A stretch of 64,000 nucleotides of DNA, taken from sequence record NC_049851.1; one strand, given 5' to 3'. The notes under the pieces were generated by a model, which was given only the letters and a program-made list of their open reading frames with translations, was not told the origin of the DNA and searched no databases. This document shows positions 55,771 through 64,000 of the stretch, piece by piece. Within the stretch, counting starts at the first letter, position 1, and every line of letters begins with the position of its first letter. The position numbers and the translations under genes are program-made.

Positions 55771-57066
55771 TTATTGCCACGTGCCACGTATGGTGATGGT
55801 GATGAGCGAAACGTTCGTCGTCGCAAACTGATAGGACAACTGATCGCCTGCTGCGTAATTGGTTGTGCTACCCGTGCTCGTAAACGAGTTGCCGTTCACC
55901 GTGTCGATGTTGAGCGTGCCGACCTGCGTACCAGTATTCGGGGTGGCCGCCGGATACTTCATGATGCGTATGGTAGCGGTAGTGCCGCTGATCAGCCGCA
56001 CGTTTGCCACCGAGTTCGCCCAGTTCTGCGGGAACTGGCACGGGTCCGTGAACATGTAGAACACTTCGTTCACGATGTTCGGATTGCCCTGAACGTTGAC
56101 TGGCAGACGCGCGATGCTCGGGTTGGGCGGTTGGTTCAGCAGGTCCGTGTAGGAGCCAGTGAGCGCAACCGTCGACAGCGTACCCGACGCGAGGTTACCT
56201 GCGGTCGCTGCGGTGTTCGTGAACTGCACGCCACCCAGCGTTGTGGTAGTTGCCTTGGGCAGCGAATACGGCGTAGGCTTGTTCGACAGGTCGTTGTAGT
56301 TGCCGGACGTGGCGACGGTCGCAAAGCCCGCGATGTCGGTAGCCGTCAGCGTGACCGTGCCAGTCTTACCGTTCACGGACGTGACGTTGGAGCCAGAGTT
56401 AGCGATCTTCGTCCACACGTTGTTCGACACCAGCGCCAAGTCACCGACAGCCCACGTGCTGATACCGTCGATTGATGTGGAGCCCGCAACCGATACCACG
56501 TAGTACGAACCGTTTGCCTGCGCAGTGCCACCAGCAACACCACCGTTTGCGAGAACCGGGTTGTTCGCGTTAGCGTCCCAGTTCCCCTTGTACGACAGGC
56601 CCCCCGTGATAGACGACGGCAGATATTTTGATGCGACAGTGCCCGACGGTCCTGACAGCAGGTCGGTTGGTAGACCAACGTCTGCGGCCGTAAGCGTCAC
56701 GGTGCCCGAGCGCGAGTTGACGCTTACGACACCAGCGTTGGTGATATTGCCGTTCGAATCCACAGCCAGACCGCCGCTGGCCGGAACCATCACGCCACCG
56801 AGCACCGCTGCCGATGCTTTCGGGAGTACGTAGTTGCCAGCCGATGGTTTGTTGGTCAGGTCGTTGTAGTTGCCGGTGAACGCCACCGTGGACAGGTCAC
56901 CCGGACCCAGACCGATCTCCTGAATAGCACCCGTGTTGTCGAGTGTGTACAGTTTTCGGTCTGGGAAGTTGATGGCCAACTGGCCGGTGAGTATCTGCGC
57001 CGTGGTGGGGCGAGCACCAGCGGTCAGCAGCCGTGGGTGCTGAACCGGGATGTTAAGAGCAGTCAT
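55771..57066 (-). CDS. modular fibre protein with C-terminal 'AAGD' domain
   Basis: GQLAINFPDRKLY N-domain; VVSVNSRSG; YKGNWDANAN...GDLAL domain; YAAGDQL...ITIRGTW. Confidence 0.78.
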   Translation of the reverse strand: MTALNIPVQHPRLLTAGARPTTAQILTGQLAINFPDRKLYTLDNTGAIQEIGLGPGDLSTVAFTGNYNDLTNKPSAGNYVLPKASAAVLGGVMVPASGGLAVDSNGNITNAGVVSVNSRSGTVTLTAADVGLPTDLLSGPSGTVASKYLPSSITGGLSYKGNWDANANNPVLANGGVAGGTAQANGSYYVVSVAGSTSIDGISTWAVGDLALVSNNVWTKIANSGSNVTSVNGKTGTVTLTATDIAGFATVATSGNYNDLSNKPTPYSLPKATTTTLGGVQFTNTAATAGNLASGTLSTVALTGSYTDLLNQPPNPSIARLPVNVQGNPNIVNEVFYMFTDPCQFPQNWANSVANVRLISGTTATIRIMKYPAATPNTGTQVGTLNIDTVNGNSFTSTGSTTNYAAGDQLSYQFATTNVSLITITIRGTWQ

Positions 57067-57079
57067 TGTGTATTCCTAA

Positions 57080-59404
57080 TTAGCCGATGACGCCGCCATC
57101 GATAGTCAAGTTCTGCAAGAACGAAAGCGGAACTGCCGCGTCGCCCGTTGTTGGTGTGGTCAGCCCATTCAGGACTTGGCTACCCATGCTCAGCGGGCCC
57201 GTCATGGTCACGTTGCCCGAGACGGGCACCGCGTTCACGTTTGCAGCCGTGAGCGACACGTTACCGCTGCCGTTCGGGCTGACGCCGTTGACTGTCGACA
57301 CGGTGCCTGCGGGAATCGCGGCGGTGATCGTGACCAAGCCGTTTGCTTCGGCCAACGTAACGTTTTGACCAGCAACCAGCGACTTGATGATCGCAGAGTT
57401 TGCGGGCGGGTTGGATTCGACGAGCAGTACAGCGCCTGTGCCTGTTTGGCCCGTGACCGACGTTATCGCGTTAGCGATGGACGGAACAACAGACCAGCCC
57501 AAGTTCTGGCGCATGTAGCCGTTGCCATCGTTCGGGGCCTCCGGAACGCCGGTCCCCGAAATCTGGATGGAGTTGCCGGTGTTCGACAGCGAAATCGAGG
57601 GGCCTGCCGTGAACGTGATAGCGCCAGTCAGCGCGCCGGACGTTCCTGCCGTGATGGACGAAACTCCACCCGTGGCAGTCGACGCGATGGAAAGGTTCCC
57701 GTTCGCGTCCGGCGTGATCGTCACGCCCGATCCAGCAACCAGCGTCTTCAGCTTAATGTTACCGGTCGTCGACCCGTTGTTGCTGATGAGCGACGTGCCT
57801 GTTGCAGCGTTGTTGTCCGTGGCCTGCACAACTACCACACCGGTTTGTCCGGACACCGAAGCAACAGCACCAGTTGCCGAGATCGTGCCGTCCGCCGCGA
57901 TGCTGATGCCCGGACCGGCTTTGACGCCGCCTAGGTTCACGCCGGTCGGTGCCGCAAGCGACAGGTTACCTGTTCCGTCCACAGTCAGACCGGCCTTGAC
58001 AATCACACCACCGATGGTGGTGGTCGTAGCAGGGTTCAGCACTTGGTTCGCAGCAATCGTCAGCGTCTTGTTGTCGCCAGATGGCGTGATCGTGACGTTG
58101 GAGCCTGCGGCCAGCGACTTAATCGTCGCGATACCACCCGCAGTCCCGTTGTTGTCCACCAGACCAGTGCCAGTGCCTTCGTTGTTCACTGCCGTCAGCG
58201 CGCCCGAGGTTGCTGTCGAACTGATGGTGATGTTGCCGTTAGCGTCCGTGCCAAGCTGAATCAAGTTACCAGCAACCAGCGTCTTCAGCTTAGCGTTGCC
58301 AGTTGTTGCACCTGCGTTCGCGATCAGCGACGTGCCAGTTGCAGGATTGTTGTCTGTAGTACTGATAACAACTATGCCAGTCTGGCCCGAAACCGATTGC
58401 ACGTTACCCTGCGCATTGATTTGCAGGTTGCCGTTAGGGTCAGCAGCCAGTGTCACGTTGGAGCCAGCGACCAGCGTTTTCAGCTTGATGTTGCCGGTCG
58501 TCGCGCCACTATCCGTAATCAGCGACGTACCGGTTGCCCCGTTGTTGTTCGTAGCCTGAATGATAACGGCACCAGTTTGTGCGGACACCGAAGAAACCGG
58601 AGCCGGGACTGGTGCCGGGACTGAGATCGTGCCGTCAGCCGTCACGTTGATGTTGGCACCGATCTTGACTGCGCCAAGAACTGTGCTCGATGCCACGGCC
58701 GATACAATCTTGCCATCGGCACTCAACTGGATGCCCTGACCTTGCGGTACATACACACCGCCTAGGTGGGCCGCGTCCTGTCCCGCTGCCGGAAGAACGT
58801 ACTGGTTTGCGCCCGTCAGGACGAGGTTGCCCGATCCGTCTGGTGCGATGGTGATGCCCGAGCCCGCGACAAGCATCGCTAGACTCAAATTACCGGTTGT
58901 GGACCCATCGTTCTTGATGAGCGACACGCCGTTAGGAGCATTGTTGTCGACAAGCTTCACTACGACGTTGCCCTGCGAGTCCGGCGTCTGGTTGTTGACC
59001 GACCGAACGTCACCGGCAGTGTAGTTGGCCGTCGTCGTAGCCCCGTACACGGACCCATCGTTTGCGATGAACGTGGGGCCGCCCGGGTACTCGACACCGT
59101 TACGCCACACCTTCGAGCGTGTCGGCAGGCCCGAGTTGGGGTCCGTTACTTCGTAGAACAGATCGATTGCAGCACCGTCGATGATGCCTTGGCAGATCGC
59201 GGTGTACGGAAGGGCAAAGCGCCACCGGCTCTGGCCGATGTCGTAGATGTACGCGCCCTTGTCACGACCCGGGCCCTCTGTGGACGCCAAGATGACTGCT
59301 TCGGCCGTAGGGTCGATCGGCAGCGTGTCCACAGTAGGTGCCACCACCGTGTTCGCCACCCCGTTTCGGTGTAGCGTCAGGGAGTAGTAAAAAGTGCTGT
59401 CCAT
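57080..59404 (-). CDS. long fibre protein with tandem ~62 aa repeats
   Basis: 4+ copies of VxSVSGQTG...DNN..TGTSLI...TTGN.KLKTLVAG; ends in an IDGG motif. Confidence 0.82.
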   Translation of the reverse strand: MDSTFYYSLTLHRNGVANTVVAPTVDTLPIDPTAEAVILASTEGPGRDKGAYIYDIGQSRWRFALPYTAICQGIIDGAAIDLFYEVTDPNSGLPTRSKVWRNGVEYPGGPTFIANDGSVYGATTTANYTAGDVRSVNNQTPDSQGNVVVKLVDNNAPNGVSLIKNDGSTTGNLSLAMLVAGSGITIAPDGSGNLVLTGANQYVLPAAGQDAAHLGGVYVPQGQGIQLSADGKIVSAVASSTVLGAVKIGANINVTADGTISVPAPVPAPVSSVSAQTGAVIIQATNNNGATGTSLITDSGATTGNIKLKTLVAGSNVTLAADPNGNLQINAQGNVQSVSGQTGIVVISTTDNNPATGTSLIANAGATTGNAKLKTLVAGNLIQLGTDANGNITISSTATSGALTAVNNEGTGTGLVDNNGTAGGIATIKSLAAGSNVTITPSGDNKTLTIAANQVLNPATTTTIGGVIVKAGLTVDGTGNLSLAAPTGVNLGGVKAGPGISIAADGTISATGAVASVSGQTGVVVVQATDNNAATGTSLISNNGSTTGNIKLKTLVAGSGVTITPDANGNLSIASTATGGVSSITAGTSGALTGAITFTAGPSISLSNTGNSIQISGTGVPEAPNDGNGYMRQNLGWSVVPSIANAITSVTGQTGTGAVLLVESNPPANSAIIKSLVAGQNVTLAEANGLVTITAAIPAGTVSTVNGVSPNGSGNVSLTAANVNAVPVSGNVTMTGPLSMGSQVLNGLTTPTTGDAAVPLSFLQNLTIDGGVIG
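57680..59010 (-). repeat. coding tandem repeat units in fibre gene
   Basis: 24-bp identity CCAGCAACCAGCGTCTTCAGCTTA at 57732-57755 and 58269-58292. Boundaries approximate. Confidence 0.85.
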
Positions 59405-59409
59405 AGTTC

Positions 59410-60081
59410 TCACCACGTGAATGCGGCGTTAGCCGAGTTGAGGCTTGGCATGCGTTGTTGAACAAGCTGTGTCAACGCTTCGCCCTGAGCCCCGTTTATT
59501 TTTTGTGTAACCGCCGTGTATGCGTCCTGATCTGCGAGCGCGCTCAGTCCGTTCTGGCTCCAGTACCAACCGGCACTCATGAACAGATCGGCGGCCTGTG
59601 TCACAAGGTCGGGATTGCTGACGACGCGCGTATCCCCGTAGATGGCTTGGCTGTATGCTGTGTAGTTCGAGCGCCCCGTCAGGTGGAATGCACCTCGCCC
59701 GCGAAACAGCCAGCCATCACCAGAAGCCACGTTGCCGTTGCCCATGCGCGAGGCATAGACCAGATTCGCGAGCTTCTGCGGGTTGCCAACATAGCTCGGC
59801 GCATACGCCTTGCTGGTATCGGCTTGGTTCATGGTGAACCGCGAAGGCCACACGGCGACCAGCCGTTCCGGCGTCGTGTAGTTCAAGTTCTCCACGAGCT
59901 TCGAGAAGCCAGCCGTCTCGTACGCGGCTTGCGCCATGAAATAACGCACACGGCGCGGACTCGCGTCGATACCGAATTTTGCCATCGCCGCGTTTGCTGC
60001 GTCTGCCATCACCTGAAGCTGTGTGGCCGGAATTTGTGGCGCAAATTTTGCGAGTTGCGCGCTCGTGATTGCGTATGCCAT
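59410..60081 (-). CDS. endolysin, GH19 chitinase-like muramidase
   Basis: FMAQAAYETAGF..LVENLNY; DGWLFRGRGAFHLTGRSNY; SAGWYW; VTQKING. Confidence 0.92.
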   Translation of the reverse strand: MAYAITSAQLAKFAPQIPATQLQVMADAANAAMAKFGIDASPRRVRYFMAQAAYETAGFSKLVENLNYTTPERLVAVWPSRFTMNQADTSKAYAPSYVGNPQKLANLVYASRMGNGNVASGDGWLFRGRGAFHLTGRSNYTAYSQAIYGDTRVVSNPDLVTQAADLFMSAGWYWSQNGLSALADQDAYTAVTQKINGAQGEALTQLVQQRMPSLNSANAAFTW

Positions 60082-60545
60082 TAGTTCACCTCAAGAAATC
60101 CGATACGTGCGTCAACGACACCGTTCTTGAAAGGATTGAATTTGTAGATCATCTGAACGTGCGCCGTGTACGTGCCGGGGCGCAGGTTAGGAACTACCAG
60201 ATCGATCTTCTCAAAAGCGAAACCTTTGATCTCCACGTTCATGTGTTGCGGATACGTGTAGACGACGTTGCCTGCGGCATCCGTCAAGAACACGTTGTAG
60301 ATTGCACGTCGTTCGGTCTTGCTTTCGACGATGAGTGGTGGGTGGATAGAAACTTCGGACCCCGCACTAACTTGGTAGGTGTCCCTGATTGACACCGTTG
60401 TCTCTGGCGCGGGTTCGACGATCCAGACACAGGCCAAGATCATGAGCACGACCATCACCCATGGCGATAGTCGTGTAATCCATTGATCGACCCATAGTCC
60501 GAAACCAAAAAGTGCGTGGTGGCCGTTTCCTGCGAGCGTCTTCAC
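60081..60545 (-). CDS. single-TM membrane protein in lysis cassette (antiholin/accessory candidate)
   Basis: TM helix WVMVVLMILACVWIV followed by a beta-rich soluble domain; lies between holin and endolysin. Confidence 0.6.
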   Translation of the reverse strand: MKTLAGNGHHALFGFGLWVDQWITRLSPWVMVVLMILACVWIVEPAPETTVSIRDTYQVSAGSEVSIHPPLIVESKTERRAIYNVFLTDAAGNVVYTYPQHMNVEIKGFAFEKIDLVVPNLRPGTYTAHVQMIYKFNPFKNGVVDARIGFLEVN

Positions 60546-60546
60546 G

Positions 60547-60906
60547 TCATTCTCCTTTGTTTCCCTCAGTCGCCGGAGACTGGGCCGCGTCGTCCACCTT
60601 GAACCCCAGACTCTCCAAACGTTTCGTGTAAAAGCTTTCGAACAGCGCGATTGCGCGTGTCCCCATGAGACCGGCCGTCGCGATCAGGATTGCTGCAATC
60701 GGCCCGTCGATGTTGAACCACTCGCAAGCCCAGAACGTCATGAGACCTGCGAATCCCGCCGTGATCAGGTCGCGCACCAGCGTGACGAACCTGAAATCTT
60801 GCCCGTTGTTGAGGTACTTGACTGCGCCTCCGAAAATCGCGAGTCCGAAAACCCACGCGTACGTGCTTAGTCCGTAGCCGAACGGGTCCTTGTCACCCTG
60901 AAACAT
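60547..60906 (-). CDS. holin (LydA-like, multi-TM)
   Basis: YAWVFGLAIFGGAVKYL; LITAGFAGLMTFW; AILIATAGLMGTRAI; charged C-tail. Confidence 0.85.
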   Translation of the reverse strand: MFQGDKDPFGYGLSTYAWVFGLAIFGGAVKYLNNGQDFRFVTLVRDLITAGFAGLMTFWACEWFNIDGPIAAILIATAGLMGTRAIALFESFYTKRLESLGFKVDDAAQSPATEGNKGE

Positions 60907-60945
60907 GATCGTGCTCCATGTCAGTCACTCCTAGATTAACCCGTT

Positions 60946-60984
60946 ATAAAATTGGCGAATCCCATAAAATTGGGCTAGTAAATA
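60946..60984. promoter_or_regulatory. divergent control region: two class B motifs (-) and one class A motif (+)
   Basis: ATAAAATTGG at 60946 and 60964 point to the lysis/fibre operon; TAGTAAATA at 60976 points to the exonuclease operon. Confidence 0.6.
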
Positions 60985-61005
60985 GACCGGCAACAGGAGA
61001 AAACT

Positions 61006-61308
61006 ATGAAATACGGCGTCACTTTCTACTCGAACCTCAACGTCCTCAACCACGTGGACAACAGTCGAGAGATTGGCATGTTTGTCAAATCCGTGTTAGA
61101 ATCGGAGGATGCCCGAAGGCCGCTTGAGAACATTGAACTTTTTCGCGCGGCCCGTGACCGCCTGAACATCGAGATCGAAAAGCGGTTCGGTTCGGGCATG
61201 GAAGTTGTGTTGTTGGACGCCGAGGACTTCGACTTCGAGGCCGACGAGTTCAGCGACGCGATCTGTGTCAGCGTCCGTTCAAAGGAGAAGGGATACACCG
61301 TGCAATGA
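61006..61308 (+). CDS. hypothetical protein
   Basis: AGGAG RBS; coupled to the next gene. Confidence 0.72.
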   Translation: MKYGVTFYSNLNVLNHVDNSREIGMFVKSVLESEDARRPLENIELFRAARDRLNIEIEKRFGSGMEVVLLDAEDFDFEADEFSDAICVSVRSKEKGYTVQ

Positions 61309-62219
61309 AGAAGGGAAAGAAAGGAAAAATCTACGTGGCAGATGGGAACTGGCTGCTGCACCGCGTGTTCTTCACGTTGCGCACACACCGGCCCATAGAA
61401 GAAGCTCTGCCATACGCGTTTCTGTCGTTGATCTGCAAGGACGCGATTGCGACACGCGCCGACAGGATGCTAATCGCGTTCGACGGCCCCAAGGTGTTCC
61501 GGTACGAGCTTTATCCGGAGTACAAAGCAAATCGCGACGACAAGAAATCGAGTGGGCCCGTGGTTGACACGCAGTTCACGCAGCCGCAGGGCGATGTGTA
61601 CGACTATCTGCCAGACGTGTACAGACTGTTGACCGAGGCCGGTATCACGTACTTCCAGCCGCGCAAGTACGAGGCAGATGACGTGCTGCGCTCCGTGGTG
61701 CACGAATACGTACCTGAGTACAGCGTCGTGTGCGGAGCGCAGGACAAAGACGACTACCAGTTTCTTGGCCCCGGTGTCTCGCTATACGATTCGTCTCGCA
61801 AGGGGCCGGACGGCAAACCCAAGCCAGCGACGATCACTGCAAAGTCAGTGATGGAAGAGTTTGGGCTGACCCCGGCCCAGTTTCTCCAGTACCAGATTCT
61901 GCTGGGCGATCCAATCGACAACATACCGCGCATCGGAAATTTCAAGCCGCTAGGAATCCGAAAGAAATTGATCGAGCACGGTACGATTGCAGATTGGTAC
62001 AAGGCAGAGCCGGACGATCAACGAACGTTCGACGTGAACCGTGTGAAGATCGCGCTGAACCGGAAACTCGTGACACTGTGCAAAGGCGTGCTGCCGCCGT
62101 CTACTCCGGATGAGTGGAAGCCGCCCAAGGTAAAGAGTGACGAGGCGCACGGATTTCCTGAGACCTACCACGCGTGGCACTCGACGCTGTACCCGAAGTC
62201 TCGTGGCCTTTTCGGCTAA
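61305..62219 (+). CDS. 5'-3' exonuclease / flap endonuclease (PolI N-domain, T4 RNase H-like)
   Basis: VADGNWLLHR; IAFDG...FRYELYPEYKANR; YEADDV; QDKDDYQ; LLGDPIDNIP. Confidence 0.92.
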   Translation: MKKGKKGKIYVADGNWLLHRVFFTLRTHRPIEEALPYAFLSLICKDAIATRADRMLIAFDGPKVFRYELYPEYKANRDDKKSSGPVVDTQFTQPQGDVYDYLPDVYRLLTEAGITYFQPRKYEADDVLRSVVHEYVPEYSVVCGAQDKDDYQFLGPGVSLYDSSRKGPDGKPKPATITAKSVMEEFGLTPAQFLQYQILLGDPIDNIPRIGNFKPLGIRKKLIEHGTIADWYKAEPDDQRTFDVNRVKIALNRKLVTLCKGVLPPSTPDEWKPPKVKSDEAHGFPETYHAWHSTLYPKSRGLFG

Positions 62220-62221
62220 AG

Positions 62222-62259
62222 AAAAACCCCACATGGATTGCGGTCCATGTGGGGTTTTT
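62222..62259. terminator. bidirectional terminator
   Basis: AAAAACCCCACATGGA-ttgcgg-TCCATGTGGGGTTTTT. Confidence 0.92.
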
Positions 62260-62262
62260 GTG

Positions 62263-63999
62263 TTACGCGGAGCCCTTCAGGGTGAAGGCCGCGCTTGCGA
62301 GTGCTGTGTCGGCTGCGAGCGGGCCGACAACCAGCAGCGTGTCGCCTGCTGCCAGATTAAGGGCTGACGCCATCGTAAAGGTGGGCCGATTTGCGCCTAC
62401 CGCCCAGTTGATGGTGCCTACCGTCGTTGCCGTCGTGCTACCAGCCGGGATGCGCTGGATGTTGAACGTGGTAGCCGCAGCCGCGCCCGTCTGCGCATAA
62501 CCAGAACTGCCGGTCAAGCCAGCCGGAAGTGTGACTGCACGCGTGATCGGCATTTGCAGCACGATCTGCGAAGCCGTCATGGTGCCGCTCACACCGCCTG
62601 CAATGTCGTACGCCTGTGCAGGAGAGGTGCCGCTAACCTTGATCCAGTTCGTGTTGAACGCCAGCACCATATCCCCGACAGCCCAGCTACTCGTACCGTC
62701 TAGGCTGGTAGTACCGGCCACCGTTACTCGGTAGGCCGAACCGTTGCCCGGAACAGTCTGGTACACTTGCTGGCCTGCGGCCTGACGGAATGCCGTATCG
62801 ATGGTTTGCTGACCGCCCGTCAACAGCGCCGTGTTCGGGTCGATGGTGCCAAGACCCTGATACTGGGACACGTGGTTAGCGCTGGCATCCCAGTCACCGA
62901 TCACGTACACGGCCCCGAGAGGCAGTTGTGCGCGAGGCACGCGACCATACACGTAGCCATCTGTGGGGCCCGCGCTGCCCGTGTTCTGGTCAAGCGTGGC
63001 CACGCCTCCGGGCTGACCCTTCTGCGTAGTGGGTATAGCACCAACGTCGGAGGCGCTGAGCACTATGTTGGCATTGCTGTAACCGTTGACTGTTTGAATC
63101 TGGGTCTTCAGCAGGCCCGTTGAGTCGACGGTTAGACCCGCGCCCACGATCACGGCACCCAGTGTCGTGGTCGTCGCAATCGGAATCGAGCCGTTAGGAA
63201 CCGTGTTCCATGCACCCCACGTGTTGTTGACGCACGCGCGGTAGGCCATGCGCGTGCCCGATTTCCACGTTTGCACCACATCACCGCCAGTTCCCGTTGT
63301 CGTGAACGGCGCGACTTCTAGGATAGCAGCATCGGTTGCTGCGTTCGGCTTATTGAAGAGTGAGCTAACATCGGCAGAAAGCACAAAAAACAGGCCGGTC
63401 TGCTTATAAGCATTCATGTCAGCAGCGGCCGGTATTCTTGTTGGATGAACAAGACCAACTGTGGTATCCTGCACGACCACGTTTCCGTTTGCGTCGGGAC
63501 CCACACCATTCACAGTCATCACGGGGCTGATGCCTAGGTCGATGGTGCCGTCCCCAGCAATCGTGATGTGGCCGTTGGTCGGGGCCTTCACACCACCAAG
63601 CGTTGTGGTAGTGGCCACCGGCAGCGTGTACGGCACCGGCTTGTTTATCAGGTCGTTGTAGTCACCCGTGGCCGCTACCCGCGCCGCATCCGGAATGTCC
63701 CCGATCTTCAGGTTCACGTCCCCGGTCTTTCCGTTGACGCTGGTAACCGGGAAGATGCTCGAATTCACGTCCAGCACGCCTTGCGGAGTGATGGTCAGCG
63801 TGTTGCCCACGATCACGGCACCAAGATCAGTGTGCGTTGCAATCGGCAGGTTCGGAATCGTGGTGCTAAGTGCCTGTCGGCCGAACACCACGATTTTGTC
63901 ACCGACCGCAGGCAACTGCGCCAGCGGAGACGAAAACTGGAGCGTGGCGTCGGTCGAGGTCGTGATGACGCCCGTGACGTAGCGACAGAAGCTGAAGTT
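62263..63999 (-). CDS. modular fibre protein (5' end beyond window) with C-terminal 'AAGD' domain
   Basis: Frame open to the window edge; IPIAT..LGAVIVG repeats; VTSVNGKTG; DWDASAN...VAGTTSLDG..WAVGD; AYDI...LAAGDTL...FTLKGSA. Confidence 0.82.
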   Translation of the reverse strand, partial: NFSFCRYVTGVITTSTDATLQFSSPLAQLPAVGDKIVVFGRQALSTTIPNLPIATHTDLGAVIVGNTLTITPQGVLDVNSSIFPVTSVNGKTGDVNLKIGDIPDAARVAATGDYNDLINKPVPYTLPVATTTTLGGVKAPTNGHITIAGDGTIDLGISPVMTVNGVGPDANGNVVVQDTTVGLVHPTRIPAAADMNAYKQTGLFFVLSADVSSLFNKPNAATDAAILEVAPFTTTGTGGDVVQTWKSGTRMAYRACVNNTWGAWNTVPNGSIPIATTTTLGAVIVGAGLTVDSTGLLKTQIQTVNGYSNANIVLSASDVGAIPTTQKGQPGGVATLDQNTGSAGPTDGYVYGRVPRAQLPLGAVYVIGDWDASANHVSQYQGLGTIDPNTALLTGGQQTIDTAFRQAAGQQVYQTVPGNGSAYRVTVAGTTSLDGTSSWAVGDMVLAFNTNWIKVSGTSPAQAYDIAGGVSGTMTASQIVLQMPITRAVTLPAGLTGSSGYAQTGAAAATTFNIQRIPAGSTTATTVGTINWAVGANRPTFTMASALNLAAGDTLLVVGPLAADTALASAAFTLKGSA

Positions 64000-64000
64000 C

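Noticed and set aside
44887-63999. Diversity-generating retroelement or invertible shufflon acting on fibre tips
   Set aside because: No reverse transcriptase, no invertase, no near-identical TR/VR pair differing at adenines, and no inverted crossover sites were seen. Paralogy is old and protein-level.
1-64000. tRNA, rRNA, tmRNA or integrase/att sites
   Set aside because: No cloverleaf or T-loop (GTTCGAATC-type) context was found in the intergenic gaps, which are short, and no recombinase was seen. Checked by eye only; tRNAscan/ARAGORN would be decisive.

Overview
This is a 64 kb, GC-rich, gene-dense segment of a large lytic myophage genome. The gene content and style suggest a jumbo phage of a Proteobacterium, possibly RSL1/Lu11/BcepSauron-like; this placement is inference from recall, not a search. 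1-20 kb (+): replication, recombination and nucleotide metabolism, with a Dda/RecD-like helicase end, DEDD exonuclease, HAD and HD phosphohydrolases, HNH endonuclease, family A DNA polymerase with a UDG-like N-terminus, DnaG-type primase, a spanin pair, ThyX, a SWIM protein, a sigma70-like factor, a probable SSB with a long charge-block tail, and a RecA-like protein. 20-28 kb (+): terminase, RuvC, MmcB-like nuclease and probable portal. 28-44.5 kb (+): GIY-YIG endonuclease, T4-like tube/baseplate module, tail fibre with chaperone, and an Acb1-like anti-CBASS nuclease. 44.9-60.9 kb (-): a large modular cluster of fibre and lectin-like proteins, GH19 endolysin and holin. 61-64 kb: 5'-3' exonuclease (+) and another fibre (-, runs off the edge). 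Main observations: (1) a mix-and-match fibre/lectin/small-repeat-protein network built from a few shared domains, including a headless fibre-tip fragment; (2) two recurring AT-rich intergenic motifs (TAGTAAATA, [C/T]AATTTTA) that sort with middle-type versus late-type genes; (3) a highly structured ~200 nt non-coding stretch before the GIY-YIG gene; (4) two distant DUF3175-like paralogs sharing an AAxRL[VL]A motif; (5) several counter-defence candidates (Acb1, PDE-like HD protein, ART-like protein). No CRISPR array, tRNA, rRNA, integrase or reverse transcriptase was seen by eye.
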